DNA of 64,000 nt from Clostridia bacterium (GTDB taxonomy: Bacteria; Bacillota; Clostridia; UMGS1883), in assembly GCA_045661145.1 (NCBI GenBank), contig JAZRFC010000087.1, forward strand, positions 4,431-68,430. The letters run 5' to 3'. Below, piece by piece: positions 9,328-19,881 of this stretch (within the stretch, counting starts at the first letter, position 1; every line of letters begins with the position of its first letter). The position numbers and the translations under genes were made by a program. A model generated the notes under the pieces. That model was not told where the DNA came from and ran no database searches. It saw only the letters and a list, made by a program, of their open reading frames with translations.

Positions 9328-10509
9328 ATGAACAAAAAGACTATCGAAGACATCCAGGTACAGGGTAAAAAGGTCCTCGTTCGTTGTGACTTTAACGTAC
9401 CCCTTGACAAAGACGGAAACATCACAGACGAGAACAGAATTGTAGGTGCTATGCCCACAATCAAGTACCTTGCAGATAACGGTGCAAAGGTTATCCTTTG
9501 CTCTCATATGGGTAAGCCAAAGGGTGAGCCCAAGCCCGAGTTTTCTCTTTCTCCCGTAGCAAAGAGACTTTCCGAAAAGCTCGGCAAGGAAGTAGTATTT
9601 GCAGCAGATGATAACGTGGTTGGCGAAAATGCAAAGAAAGCAGTTGCTGAAATGAAAGATGGCGACATCGTTCTTCTTGAAAACACACGTTACAGAGCAG
9701 AAGAAACAAAGAATATAGAAACATTCAGCAAGGAGCTTGCTTCTCTTGCAGAAATCTTTGTTAACGATGCATTCGGTACAGCTCACAGAGCACACTGCTC
9801 CACAGTAGGTGTTACAGAATATCTCCCCGCAGTTTGCGGTTACCTCATTCAGAAGGAAATTGAATTCCTCGGCAATGCAGTAAATAACCCCGTTCGTCCT
9901 CTTGTTGCAATCCTCGGCGGAAGCAAGGTTTCCAGCAAAATCAGCGTAATTGAAAACCTTCTTGACAAGGTTGACAAGCTCATCATCGGCGGCGGTATGG
10001 CTTACACATTTATGGCTGCAAAGGGTCAGGAAGTAGGCGACAGCCTTCTTGAAAAGGACTATATCGACTACGCTAAGGAAATGATGGCAAAAGCAGGCGA
10101 TAAGCTTCTTCTTCCCATTGACACAGTAGTTGCTAAAGATTTTGCTAATGATGCAGAAAGCAAAGTAGTAGCTGAGGGCGGTATCCAGGCAGGCTGGCAG
10201 GGACTTGACATCGGACCCAAGACAATCGAACTTTTCTCCGATGCAGTTAAGAGTGCAAAGACAGTTGTATGGAATGGACCTATGGGCGTATGTGAAATGG
10301 AAAACTTTGCAAAGGGTACAAACGCAATCGCTCAGGTTCTTGCCCAAATCGATGCTACAACAGTTATCGGTGGCGGTGATAGCGTTGCTGCAGTTAACCA
10401 GGCAGGTCTTGGCGACAAGATGAGCCACATCTCCACAGGCGGCGGTGCAAGCCTTGAATTTCTTGAAGGAAAAGAGTTGCCTGGTATAGTAGCTCTTGAA
10501 GACAGATAA
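9328..10509 (+). CDS. pgk: Phosphoglycerate kinase
   Basis: 393 aa. Canonical Pgk motifs (RCDFNVP, GGAKVSSKI-like [23 protein letters not shown]). Confidence 0.95.
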   Translation: MNKKTIEDIQVQGKKVLVRCDFNVPLDKDGNITDENRIVGAMPTIKYLADNGAKVILCSHMGKPKGEPKPEFSLSPVAKRLSEKLGKEVVFAADDNVVGENAKKAVAEMKDGDIVLLENTRYRAEETKNIETFSKELASLAEIFVNDAFGTAHRAHCSTVGVTEYLPAVCGYLIQKEIEFLGNAVNNPVRPLVAILGGSKVSSKISVIENLLDKVDKLIIGGGMAYTFMAAKGQEVGDSLLEKDYIDYAKEMMAKAGDKLLLPIDTVVAKDFANDAESKVVAEGGIQAGWQGLDIGPKTIELFSDAVKSAKTVVWNGPMGVCEMENFAKGTNAIAQVLAQIDATTVIGGGDSVAAVNQAGLGDKMSHISTGGGASLEFLEGKELPGIVALEDR

Positions 10510-10538
10510 TTCCGAATAAACGAAAGGATATGAAAACA

Positions 10539-11285
10539 ATGAGAAAAATCCTCGCTGCAGGTAATTGGAAAATGAACAATACACCCTCTCAGGCAGAGGC
10601 TATGATTAATGAACTTAAGGGTAAAGTTGCAGGCTGTAAGAACGATGTTCTTATCTGCCCCACATATGTATGTCTCCCCGCGGCTGTTAAAGCTGCAGAG
10701 GGCAGCAATATCAAAATAGGTGCACAGAATCTTCACTTTGAAGACAAGGGCGCATTCACAGGTGAAATCAGCGCACAGATGCTTAAGGAAATCGGCGTTG
10801 AATATGTTATTATCGGTCACAGCGAAAGACGTGAATACTTTGCAGAAACAGACGATACTGTAAATGCAAAGATTATTCAGGCTCTTAAGTATGACCTCAT
10901 CCCCGTACTTTGTTGCGGTGAATCTCTCAAGCAGAGAGAAGATACAATCACATTTGACTTTATTCGCAGCCAGATTAAGATTGCATTCCGCGGAATTTCC
11001 AAGGAAGATGCAGTTAAAATTGTAGTTGCATACGAGCCTATCTGGGCTATCGGCACAGGTAAGGTTGCAACAAGCGAGCAGGCTAACGAAGTTTGTAAGG
11101 ATATCAGAGAATGTCTTGCAGGTATCTATGATGAAGAAACTGCAAATAATATCCGTATCCTCTACGGTGGCAGCGTGAACAAAGACTGTGCAGCTGAACT
11201 TTTCGCAATGAGCGATATCGACGGCGGTCTTGTTGGCGGTGCAAGCCTTAAGCCCGATGATTTCTCTATCATCTGCAACGCTTAA
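10539..11285 (+). CDS. tpiA: Triose-phosphate isomerase
   Basis: [32 protein letters not shown] motifs. ATG 10539 has better SD spacing than ATG 10530 from the ORF track. Confidence 0.95.
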   Translation: MRKILAAGNWKMNNTPSQAEAMINELKGKVAGCKNDVLICPTYVCLPAAVKAAEGSNIKIGAQNLHFEDKGAFTGEISAQMLKEIGVEYVIIGHSERREYFAETDDTVNAKIIQALKYDLIPVLCCGESLKQREDTITFDFIRSQIKIAFRGISKEDAVKIVVAYEPIWAIGTGKVATSEQANEVCKDIRECLAGIYDEETANNIRILYGGSVNKDCAAELFAMSDIDGGLVGGASLKPDDFSIICNA

Positions 11286-11398
11286 TTTTGAACTTGAGGA
11301 GGGCTTTATGCCCTCCTGAAGGCTGTTGAACTTAGCCCTTGCTTTGCTCAACGGCCTTTTTGTCCGTTTTTACGGACTGAAAAATTTTAGTCGAAAGA

Positions 11399-11433
11399 GA
11401 ATAATCCGAGGTTCGGATTACTCGCTTTTGGCT
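11399..11433. repeat. Second copy of the 24-nt repeat family seen at 3215-3488
   Basis: GGTTCGGATTACTCGCTTTTGGCT (11410-11433) closely matches 3465-3488. It forms a local hairpin with the preceding TAATCCGA. Confidence 0.5.
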
Positions 11434-11453
11434 ATCAGAAAGGTATGAACATT

Positions 11454-12974
11454 ATGACAAAAAAGCTTACAATGCTTATGATACTTGACGGGTACGGCTA
11501 CAATCCTGCAACCGAGGGAAATGCCGTATACAGTGCAAAAACCCCCGTTATGGATAAACTCCTCGCCGAGTGTCCCAATACACTTATAAATGCCAGCGGT
11601 ATGGACGTAGGTCTTCCCGACGGACAGATGGGTAACAGCGAAGTTGGACATACCAACATCGGCGCAGGAAGAATAGTTTATCAGGAACTTACAAGAATTA
11701 CAAAATCCATTTCTGACGGTGATTTCTTTACAAAGGATGCTTTTGTAAAGGCTATTGAAAACTGTAAGAAGCACGACAGTGCGCTTCACCTTTACGGACT
11801 TTTGTCGGACGGCGGTGTGCACAGCCACATCACACATCTTTTTGCCGCAATTGAAATGGCTAAGAGAAGTGGCCTTGAAAAGGTATTCGTTCACGGCTTT
11901 ATGGATGGCCGTGACGTATCTCCCACAAGCGGTATCGAATTTGTAAAGGCTCTGCAGGAGAAACTCGATGAAATCGGTGTTGGTAAAATCGGTGTCCTTT
12001 CAGGCAGATACTACGCAATGGACCGTGACAACCGTTGGGAAAGAGTTGAAAAGGCATACGCCGCACTTGTTTACGGCGAGGGTGAAAAGAATCCCGATGC
12101 AGTGGATGCAATGCAGAAATCCTACGATAACGGCGTTACCGACGAATTTGTTGTTCCCACAGTTGTTACAGAGGGTGCAACTATCGGTGCAAACGACAGT
12201 GTTATCTGCTTCAACTTCCGCCCCGACCGTGCACGTGAAATCACCCGTACTTTCGTGGATGCTGATTTTGACGGCTTTGAAAGAAAGAACGGATTTTTCC
12301 CGTTGTACTACGTATGTATGACACAGTACGATCCAAAGATGCCTAATGTTGACGTTGCATTTAAGCCCGAATCACTTACCAATACATTTGGTGAATATAT
12401 TGCTGAAAAAGGTCTTACACAGCTTCGAATTGCTGAAACTGAGAAGTATGCCCACGTAACTTTCTTCTTCAACGGCGGTGTAGAAGCTCCCTACAACAAT
12501 GAAGACCGTGCGCTTATCGCATCTCCCAAGGTTGCAACATATGACCTTCAGCCCGAAATGAGTGCTCCCGAAGTAACAGAGGAAGTTCTTAAGAGAATTG
12601 AAAGCGATAAGTATGATTGCATCATCCTTAACTTTGCAAACTGTGATATGGTTGGGCATACAGGTGTGTTTGAATGTGCCGTAAAGGCAGTAGAAACTGT
12701 TGACGAGTGTGTAGGCAAGGTTGTAGATGCAGTTAAGGCAAAGGGCGGCATAGTATGTATTACTGCAGACCACGGTAATGCAGACCAGATGATAGACCCT
12801 GAAACAAAGGATGTATTTACAGCACACACAACAAACCCCGTTCCATTTATTGTTGTCGGAGATGATGTAGAACTTCGTGAAGGCGGCAGACTTGCCGACA
12901 TCGCTCCCACACTTCTTAAGATTATGGGACTCCCGAAGCCTTGCGAAATGACAGGCGAATCTCTTATTAAATAA
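11454..12974 (+). CDS. gpmI: 2,3-bisphosphoglycerate-independent phosphoglycerate mutase
   Basis: About 506 aa. iPGM motifs (LDGYG, NSEVGHTNIGAGR, GLLSDGGVHSH, ADHGNAD). Confidence 0.95.
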   Translation: MTKKLTMLMILDGYGYNPATEGNAVYSAKTPVMDKLLAECPNTLINASGMDVGLPDGQMGNSEVGHTNIGAGRIVYQELTRITKSISDGDFFTKDAFVKAIENCKKHDSALHLYGLLSDGGVHSHITHLFAAIEMAKRSGLEKVFVHGFMDGRDVSPTSGIEFVKALQEKLDEIGVGKIGVLSGRYYAMDRDNRWERVEKAYAALVYGEGEKNPDAVDAMQKSYDNGVTDEFVVPTVVTEGATIGANDSVICFNFRPDRAREITRTFVDADFDGFERKNGFFPLYYVCMTQYDPKMPNVDVAFKPESLTNTFGEYIAEKGLTQLRIAETEKYAHVTFFFNGGVEAPYNNEDRALIASPKVATYDLQPEMSAPEVTEEVLKRIESDKYDCIILNFANCDMVGHTGVFECAVKAVETVDECVGKVVDAVKAKGGIVCITADHGNADQMIDPETKDVFTAHTTNPVPFIVVGDDVELREGGRLADIAPTLLKIMGLPKPCEMTGESLIK

Positions 12975-12994
12975 TCCAAGCTAGGAGAATTTTT

Positions 12995-13795
12995 ATGAAT
13001 AATCACCCTATTGGAATTTTTGATAGTGGATTGGGTGGACTTACCACGGTAAGAGAAATTCAGAGGATTATGCCCGGTGAAGACATCATCTATTTTGGTG
13101 ACACCGGGCGTGTCCCCTATGGAACAAGAAGCCGTGAAACCATTATCCGCTATACAAAGGACGATATCGATTTTCTGCTCAGACACGATATAAAATTCAT
13201 TATTGCCGCTTGCGGTACTGCAAGCTCGGTTGCACTTCCTGAACTTCAGGATAAATATGACATTAAAATAATGGGTGTGCTTGAAAGTGCCTGCAGAAAA
13301 GCCGTAGAGGTGACTAAAAACGGTCTAATCGGAGTTATAGGAACAAGCGGTACGGTAAAAAGTGGAAAGTACGGGGAAATCATAAAGGAAATAAACCCTG
13401 CTCTGGAGGTTTTCTCCAACGCCTGCCCGATGTTTGTTCCACTTGTTGAAAACGGGTACTCCGAAAGCGAAGCGGCAATGATAATTGCCAAAGATTATCT
13501 CAAACCCCTGAAAGAGGCAAATGTGGATACACTTATCTTAGGATGCACACATTACCCCTTGCTTACGAATGTTATTTCGGCTATAATGGGAGAGGGGGTT
13601 ACTCTTTTAAGTCCCGGTGCACTTGCGGCAGAGGAGGCAAAGAGTTATCTTGAAAAAGGGGGGCTTCTCGGCAGTAAGGAGTGCGGAAACAGCGAGTTTT
13701 ACGTTTCCGACTCGGTAGAAAATTTTACTCAGCTTGGAAGCACTTTTTTAGGAAAACCCATTGACGGAAAGGTACACCTGGAGGTGTTCGAATAA
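12995..13795 (+). CDS. murI: Glutamate racemase
   Basis: IGIFDSGLGGLTT, ACGTAS and LGCTHYP catalytic-Cys motifs. Confidence 0.95.
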   Translation: MNNHPIGIFDSGLGGLTTVREIQRIMPGEDIIYFGDTGRVPYGTRSRETIIRYTKDDIDFLLRHDIKFIIAACGTASSVALPELQDKYDIKIMGVLESACRKAVEVTKNGLIGVIGTSGTVKSGKYGEIIKEINPALEVFSNACPMFVPLVENGYSESEAAMIIAKDYLKPLKEANVDTLILGCTHYPLLTNVISAIMGEGVTLLSPGALAAEEAKSYLEKGGLLGSKECGNSEFYVSDSVENFTQLGSTFLGKPIDGKVHLEVFE

Positions 13796-14214
13796 TGAAA
13801 AAAGACGTTTACATATCGATAAAGGGAAGTCAGGACTACGGCGATGATAAAAACGGTATGGAAATTACCACGGCAGGTACATTTTACGACAAAGACGGAA
13901 AATACTACCTGAGTTATGCAGAGGGGGATTTTTCGGGAATGGAAAAATGCAACACCACCCTTAAAATTTCACCCGACGGTATAGTTACCATGATGCGTCA
14001 CGGACAGACAAATACCCATATGATTTTTGAAAAAGGGAAGTGCCATATCGGTCATTACGAAACGCCCTACGGTGACTTTACAATCAGCGTGACAGCGAAT
14101 GACATTAATGTTTCCCTTGACGAAAATGGCGGAAATATCGATATTGATTATATAATGGATATAAACAACATTTCACGCTCCCGAAACGGAATTTCCCTTA
14201 CGGTGAGGGCTTAA
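13795..14214 (+). CDS. DUF1934 (YwiB-like beta-barrel) protein
   Basis: 139 aa. Its position immediately upstream of argS is typical for Firmicute ywiB. The sequence pattern resembles the family from memory (moderate). Confidence 0.55.
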   Translation: MKKDVYISIKGSQDYGDDKNGMEITTAGTFYDKDGKYYLSYAEGDFSGMEKCNTTLKISPDGIVTMMRHGQTNTHMIFEKGKCHIGHYETPYGDFTISVTANDINVSLDENGGNIDIDYIMDINNISRSRNGISLTVRA

Positions 14215-14260
14215 AGCACACAGTGCTTAAAGTACATAAAAGATGAAAGGAAGATTTTTC

Positions 14261-15940
14261 ATGGCAAATACGCTTTCTATGAAGAAATCACAGATATATA
14301 ATGCGGCAATGGAGGCAGCAAAGGCAGCATATCCCGAAATCGAGATTCCTGCCTTCACTATTGAAGTGCCCAAGGATAAGGGTAACGGTGACTATGCAAT
14401 TAATCTTGCTATGATGCTGGCAAGGGCGGCAAAATCAGCTCCCCGTGCAATTGCAGAAAACATTGTAAATAACCTTAAGGTTGATGAATTTGGTGCAACA
14501 AAAATTGAAATTGCAGGCCCCGGCTTCATTAACTTCTACCTTGATAAGAGCTATCTCTACAATGTTATGGCAGAAATTGAGGAAGAAAAGGAAACCTACG
14601 GTAATGTAAATGTTGCCGACGGCAAAAAGGTTGTTGTTGAATTTGTCAGCGCAAACCCCACAGGTCCTATGCATATGGGTAATGCAAGGGGCGGCGCGCT
14701 TGGTGATACCTTGAGCAACGTTTTGTCTCGTGCAGGCTGGGATGTAACCAAGGAATTTTACATCAACGATGCAGGTGCACAGATTGACAAATTTGGCAGA
14801 AGCCTTGATGCACGCTATATACAGCTCTTAAAGGGTGAGGATGCGGTAGAATTTCCCGAGGATGGCTATCAGGGTGACGATATCCGCGTTCACGCACAGA
14901 ACTATATTGATAAGTACGGCGATATTCTTCTTGACAAAGAGGAGCAGGAGAGAAAGGACAGCCTTGTAGCATACGCTCTTCCTCTCAATATTGCGGCACT
15001 GCAGGAAACCCTTACAAAGTACGGCATCAATTACGATGTATGGTTTTATGAGAGTACACTCCATAACGGCGGAAGTGTAACAGAAACTCTTGAAAAGCTT
15101 AAAAAGAGTAATATTACCTATGAAAAAGACGGTGCTCTTTGGATTAAATCTACTGAATTCGGAAGCGAAAAAGACGACGTTCTTGTTCGTGCAAACGGTA
15201 TTCCCACATACTTTGCGGCAGATATTGCCTACCACCGCAACAAGCTTGAGGAAAGAGGTTTTGACCTTGCAATCAACATCTGGGGTGCAGACCATCACGG
15301 ACATATTGCCCGTATGAAGGGTGCTATGGAAGCGGTAGGCATCAGTGGCGATAAGCTTGACGTACTTGTAATTCAGCTTGTGCGTCTTATGCGTAACGGC
15401 GAAGTAGCAAGAATGAGCAAGCGTACAGGCAAGATGATAACCCTTGCTGACCTCATTGATGAAATCGGTGTAGATGCGGCTAGATTCTTTTTCAATATGC
15501 GTGCGGCAGGAAGCCATATGGACTTCGACCTTGACCTGGCTGTAAGTCAGACAAATGAAAATCCCGTATTTTATGTGCAGTATGCCCACGCAAGAATTTG
15601 CTCGATTATAAGAATTCTTGAAGAAAGCGGAGTGAAAGTGCCCGACGTTTCTGAAATCAATACAGATCTTCTTAAAAAGGATGAAGAAATTGAGCTTTTG
15701 GAAACTCTTGCACGACTTCCCGAGGAAATCAAGGCATCGGCAGAGTCCTTTGACCCAAGTAATCTCACACATTATCTTATAGATGTGGCATCTCATTTCC
15801 ACTCATTCTATAACGCCTGCCGTGTTCGTGATGAGGAGGAAAACCTTATGCGTGCCCGTCTTAAGCTTATTGAATCTACAAGAATTGTAATCAAGAATGT
15901 GTTGGATATTTTAGGTGTAAGTGCTCCCGAAAAAATGTAA
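14261..15940 (+). CDS. argS: Arginine--tRNA ligase
   Basis: Class I aaRS motifs SANPTGPMHMGNARG (HIGH) and MSKRTG (KMSKS). C-terminal anticodon-binding domain. SD precedes ATG 14261. Confidence 0.95.
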   Translation: MANTLSMKKSQIYNAAMEAAKAAYPEIEIPAFTIEVPKDKGNGDYAINLAMMLARAAKSAPRAIAENIVNNLKVDEFGATKIEIAGPGFINFYLDKSYLYNVMAEIEEEKETYGNVNVADGKKVVVEFVSANPTGPMHMGNARGGALGDTLSNVLSRAGWDVTKEFYINDAGAQIDKFGRSLDARYIQLLKGEDAVEFPEDGYQGDDIRVHAQNYIDKYGDILLDKEEQERKDSLVAYALPLNIAALQETLTKYGINYDVWFYESTLHNGGSVTETLEKLKKSNITYEKDGALWIKSTEFGSEKDDVLVRANGIPTYFAADIAYHRNKLEERGFDLAINIWGADHHGHIARMKGAMEAVGISGDKLDVLVIQLVRLMRNGEVARMSKRTGKMITLADLIDEIGVDAARFFFNMRAAGSHMDFDLDLAVSQTNENPVFYVQYAHARICSIIRILEESGVKVPDVSEINTDLLKKDEEIELLETLARLPEEIKASAESFDPSNLTHYLIDVASHFHSFYNACRVRDEEENLMRARLKLIESTRIVIKNVLDILGVSAPEKM

Positions 15941-15967
15941 TAAGTTTTTACGAAAGGGAAAATTATT

Positions 15968-17413
15968 ATGAAAAAAAATAAATTTTCAGCTCTTTTACTT
16001 GCCTTTATAATGCTTTTTTCCCAAACTGTTTTTGCTGAAAAAACAGAAGACCAGCAGCAGGCGGAAGTAGTAGAGTATTCCAACTATATGCAAAAGAAGA
16101 TAGTTCAGGTGTATGCTCATGCCATTGCTGACAATTACTATTACGGTATTGAGGATGAAGAACTTCTTTATTCTGTCATATGCAGTATGATAGACGAGGG
16201 AAAGTTTGACATCAATAAAGCCTTACTGGCAATGCTCGACACCCTCAAGGATGATTATGCAGAGTTTTATACCCCTGAAGAATACAAGACCATGACGGAA
16301 AATGTTTCAGGAGAATTTTCAGGAATAGGCGTTACAATCAGCGATACTGAAAAAGGTGTGCTTGTTATTTCTGTAATAGAAAACAGCCCTGCATATAAAG
16401 CAGGTGTTCTTGCTAATGACTATATAATTGGCGTAAACGGACAATCCGTTATAGGCAAATCTTCTTCTCAGGTTCGTGAAATGGTTGTAGGAACAACGGG
16501 AACAGAAGTTAAAGTAAGGGTGCTTCGCGGAAAAGAAGAACTTGAAATCACTTGTGTTCGCGATACTATTGAGGTTTCTCAGATTGAAACAGAAATAATT
16601 GATGAAAAAACAGGCTATATAAAGCTTGTTCAGTTTACATCCAATGCTCCCAAGGAAATGGAGAGTATTGTAAAAGATTTTCGTGCCAAGGGCATTAAAA
16701 ATGTCATTTTAGACCTTAGAAATAATCCCGGTGGAGACCTTCAGGCAGCTATTGATATTGCAAATATATTTGTAAGTGCAGGAAAAATTGCAGAAATCCG
16801 TTATAAGGATAAAGCTAAAAATACATTTTTATATAGCAAAAACTATAATGCTCCAAGATTTAATATGACTGTGCTTGTAAATGAGCACAGTGCTTCTGCC
16901 AGCGAATTTCTTTCTATGGTTATTCAATCGAGAGGTGCAGGAAAAATCGTAGGAACAAACACATTTGGCAAAGGAAGTATGCAGGTTATTACCCGTGCGA
17001 TTAACGGTGCAGGCTTTAAATATACCATTGGCGAATTCTATTCCTACAAAGGACAGCGAATCAATACAATAGGTATAACTCCTGATATTTACGTTGAAAA
17101 CATCATAAAGAGTGTTGATGAAGAAGCTTTTACAGATATTGATTTTGATAGAATTTCTGAGGGCGTTGCAGGCGGTGATATGACTCTGGCTCTCGAACAA
17201 AGACTTGTGGCACTCGGGTATATGTCAAAAGCTGATGAAGTTTTTGATGAAACCACCAAGGATGCTGTTTCCCGTTTTCAGGCAGTTGTAGGCTATGAAA
17301 TAAACGGAATCCCGGGAGTGTATGAGTATATGTTCCTTAATGACTATGATTATACAAAGTTGGATCAGGAGATAGACCTTCAAAAGGAAGCAGCTTTAAA
17401 GCAGTTTAAATAA
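15968..17413 (+). CDS. S41 family C-terminal processing peptidase with PDZ and C-terminal peptidoglycan-binding domain
   Basis: Signal peptide. PDZ segment (GIGVTISDTEKGVLVISVIENSPAYKAGV). S41 motifs NPGGDL and SASASE. C-terminal LEQRLVALGY...DAVSRFQ is PG_binding_1-like. Confidence 0.85.
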   Translation: MKKNKFSALLLAFIMLFSQTVFAEKTEDQQQAEVVEYSNYMQKKIVQVYAHAIADNYYYGIEDEELLYSVICSMIDEGKFDINKALLAMLDTLKDDYAEFYTPEEYKTMTENVSGEFSGIGVTISDTEKGVLVISVIENSPAYKAGVLANDYIIGVNGQSVIGKSSSQVREMVVGTTGTEVKVRVLRGKEELEITCVRDTIEVSQIETEIIDEKTGYIKLVQFTSNAPKEMESIVKDFRAKGIKNVILDLRNNPGGDLQAAIDIANIFVSAGKIAEIRYKDKAKNTFLYSKNYNAPRFNMTVLVNEHSASASEFLSMVIQSRGAGKIVGTNTFGKGSMQVITRAINGAGFKYTIGEFYSYKGQRINTIGITPDIYVENIIKSVDEEAFTDIDFDRISEGVAGGDMTLALEQRLVALGYMSKADEVFDETTKDAVSRFQAVVGYEINGIPGVYEYMFLNDYDYTKLDQEIDLQKEAALKQFK

Positions 17414-17416
17414 TCT

Positions 17417-18019
17417 ATGGAATATTGTGAAGAACTTTTAAAATATATTGCAGACAATCAAAATCGAAATGCACTCCTGTTTCTTGAAAGTCTGAAAAAA
17501 GATTCTTTCCCGAGAAACTATTTGGAAGCCAGAGAGAAAATTCTTATCACAGAAGCGGCAAAATGCCTGAATAAAAGAATACCGCAATTATATGTGGATG
17601 AAAAGCTTTTGGCAAAAGAATTGTTTGAGGATGAAGTCCCGATAGAAAGTATAGTGGAAAGACTATGTTCCCTTGTAAGGGATTGCGCAAAAGCCGACAG
17701 GGACATAGCTTTAAAAAAAGCTACTTCCTATATTGATGAAAATCTTTTTAACTGTCAGCTTACCGTGGGTGCTGTTGCAGAGTATGCAGGTCTTTCTCAA
17801 AGTGAATTTGTAAAGATATTCCGGAAAATTTCAGGTGTAACGCCGGGGGACTATATCGGCGAAAAGAGAAGCCTTAAAAGTACAGAATACCTGAAAGAAA
17901 ATAAGTCCGTGGAAAAGGCGGCGTTTCTTGTAGGATTTTCAGCGGTAGAAACATATATCCGTACTTTTAAAAAGCATATGGGAATGACTCCCGGCACCTG
18001 GAAGAAAAAGAATTTATGA
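17417..18019 (+). CDS. AraC-family transcriptional regulator
   Basis: C-terminal double HTH: LTVGAVAEYAGLSQSEFVKIFRKISGVTPGDY...AAFLVGFSAVETYIRTFKKHMGMTPGTW. Confidence 0.75.
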   Translation: MEYCEELLKYIADNQNRNALLFLESLKKDSFPRNYLEAREKILITEAAKCLNKRIPQLYVDEKLLAKELFEDEVPIESIVERLCSLVRDCAKADRDIALKKATSYIDENLFNCQLTVGAVAEYAGLSQSEFVKIFRKISGVTPGDYIGEKRSLKSTEYLKENKSVEKAAFLVGFSAVETYIRTFKKHMGMTPGTWKKKNL

Positions 18020-18026
18020 AAAAGAG

Positions 18027-18650
18027 GTGAAAAGAGTGAAATTTGAACTTTTAAAATCCAATAAAATCAAGGTTACAATGAATGCGGAGGATTGCAGGGT
18101 TCTTGGAATTTCCTTTGATGCAATGGCGAAAAATTCTCCCGAATCCAGAGAGGCATTTTTCAAGCTTCTCCGTCGTGCGGAAGCAGAGGTGGGTTTCACT
18201 TGCGACAATGCCCGTCTTGTTGTAGAAGCGGCTATTCAGGCGGAAAAAAGCGAGATGACACTCTTTGTTACCAAGGTTGATAATGAAGAGGAAAAGGCGC
18301 TCTTTGACAAGCTTTCAAAGATTAATCTTGACCTGTTGCAGAAAGATTTGAAAGAGCTTAGAGACAAGAAAGAAGAAAAAGAGGAAAAACCCACTGCAAG
18401 CACCATGATTGAATTTCTGGATTTTGAAGATGTAATAAAAATGTGCCATACAATGCGTGAATGCTTCTGGGGAAATCTTTACTCTTATAGGGATAAATAT
18501 TATATGACCATGCTTCCTGCTTACATACCAAAGGCTTCGGAGTTCGGTACAGTATGCCCCGAAAACTACCGAAGCATAGTGGAGGAACACGGAAAAGTTA
18601 TAGTAAAGAATAGTGCATTTTTATTCATACGAAACAGGTTTAGTGAATAA
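18027..18650 (+). CDS. mecA: Adaptor protein MecA-like
   Basis: About 205 aa. The N-terminal K(F/I)E...KIKVTM..EDC...GISFD pattern, an acidic linker and a C-terminal domain resemble MecA. Assignment is from memory. Confidence 0.55.
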   Translation: MKRVKFELLKSNKIKVTMNAEDCRVLGISFDAMAKNSPESREAFFKLLRRAEAEVGFTCDNARLVVEAAIQAEKSEMTLFVTKVDNEEEKALFDKLSKINLDLLQKDLKELRDKKEEKEEKPTASTMIEFLDFEDVIKMCHTMRECFWGNLYSYRDKYYMTMLPAYIPKASEFGTVCPENYRSIVEEHGKVIVKNSAFLFIRNRFSE

Positions 18651-18651
18651 C

Positions 18652-18684
18652 AAAAGAGCTTGCGAATACGCAAGCTCTTTTTGT
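18652..18684. terminator. Bidirectional terminator between convergent mecA-like and serA
   Basis: AAAGAGCTTGCG-aata-CGCAAGCTCTTT, flanked by an A-run and a T-run. Confidence 0.8.
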
Positions 18685-18698
18685 GTGTGAATTTATAA

Positions 18699-19868
18699 TT
18701 ATTTAATAACTCTTACTTTAATTATACCCTCAATTGCTTTCAATTCGTTTGCAATTGCTTCGTCTGCATCAGCTACGTCAAGGATTGTGCAAGCATAATC
18801 GCCGCGGCTCTTATTAACCATATTCTCAATGTTAATACCCTTGCCGGCAAATGCGGAGGTAATGCTTGAAATCATATTGGGAACATTCTTGTGAAGAACT
18901 GTGATTCTTGTAGCACCTGCTGTTCTGGGAAGCTCACAGTTAGGATAGTTAACGGAATTTACAATGTTACCGTTTTCCATATATTCTATAAGCTCTTTTG
19001 CAGCCATAACAGCACAGTTGTCTTCACTCTCTGCACTGGAAGCACCAAGGTGGGGAATAGCAACTACGCCATTGAGGCCGATAACCTCGTCAGAGGGGAA
19101 GTCTACTACATAAGAAGAGATGAGACCAACCTCAAGTGCACTCCTCAGGGCATCTGTATCAACAAGTTCGCCACGGGAGAAGTTCAGGAGCTTCGCGCCT
19201 TTCTTAACGGATGACTTGAAGAGTTCAGCATTGAACATACCGCGTGTAGCATCCATAAGGGGAAGATGAAGTGTAATATAGTCAGCTTCAGCGAGAGCAT
19301 CCTTAAGCTCATTCTTAATGATTGTGTGTCTGTCGAGGCTGAGAGCAGCCTTAACGGAAATATAGGGGTCATAACCGATTACTTCCATACCAAGGTGATG
19401 TGCTGCATTTGCAACAAGTACACCGATAGCACCAAGACCGATTACAGCAAGCTTTTTGCCCTTGATTTCGCAGCCTGCGAAATTGCCCTTTCCCTTTTCA
19501 ACCATTTTGCCTACTTCGGCGCCGTTGCCCTTAAGTGTCTTTGCCCATTCGATACCGCCAACGATATCACGGGAAGCAAGAAACAAACCTGCAATAGTAA
19601 GCTCCTTAACAGCATTAGCATTAGCACCGGGAGTATTGAATACTACAATACCCTTTTCAGCACACTTATCTGTAGGGATGTTGTTTACACCTGCACCTGC
19701 ACGCGCAACTGCCTGAAGAGAGTCCGGAAGCTCCATATCGTGCATATTGAAGCTGCGGAGAATTATACAATCGGGATTTTCACAGTTATCTGTGATTGCA
19801 TATTTTACTTTGTCAAAATTGTCAAGACCGCACCTTGCAATCTTGTTAAGAGTTAAGAGATTATACAT
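18699..19868 (-). CDS. serA: D-3-phosphoglycerate dehydrogenase with C-terminal ACT domain
   Basis: 2-hydroxyacid dehydrogenase NAD motif (VIGLGAIG), catalytic region and ACT-like C-terminus. Start is placed at MYNLL (19868) because ATG 19901 would overlap the end of serC, and 19868 has AAAGGA upstream. Confidence 0.85.
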   Translation of the reverse strand: MYNLLTLNKIARCGLDNFDKVKYAITDNCENPDCIILRSFNMHDMELPDSLQAVARAGAGVNNIPTDKCAEKGIVVFNTPGANANAVKELTIAGLFLASRDIVGGIEWAKTLKGNGAEVGKMVEKGKGNFAGCEIKGKKLAVIGLGAIGVLVANAAHHLGMEVIGYDPYISVKAALSLDRHTIIKNELKDALAEADYITLHLPLMDATRGMFNAELFKSSVKKGAKLLNFSRGELVDTDALRSALEVGLISSYVVDFPSDEVIGLNGVVAIPHLGASSAESEDNCAVMAAKELIEYMENGNIVNSVNYPNCELPRTAGATRITVLHKNVPNMISSITSAFAGKGINIENMVNKSRGDYACTILDVADADEAIANELKAIEGIIKVRVIK

Positions 19869-19881
19869 AGTATCAGTTCCT

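Noticed and set aside
9310-10584. 424-aa ORF on the minus strand, antisense to pgk. Similar long antisense ORFs lie at 10332-11351, 7414-8460, 14828-15802, 41760-42317, 42327-43112, 12548-13186, 5159-5812 and 53837-54442.
   Set aside because: These ORFs lie exactly opposite genes with unmistakable conserved products. Their translations are Cys/Phe/Leu-rich low-complexity strings with no SD or recognisable motifs. This is the typical shadow-ORF pattern of genes with codon bias.
11286-11400. Hairpins between tpiA and gpmI (AGGAGGGC-ttta-tGCCCTCCT at about 11299-11319; GTCCGT-tttt-ACGGAC at about 11362-11377) considered as an operon-internal terminator.
   Set aside because: No T-tract follows either stem, and pgk-tpiA-gpmI are usually co-transcribed. 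These are more likely processing or stability elements associated with the repeat at 11399-11433.
14215-14260. T-box or other riboswitch leaders upstream of argS, serC (20962-21086) and asnA (5113-5149).
   Set aside because: The leaders are too short (about 30-125 nt). They lack the specifier-loop and T-box sequence features.
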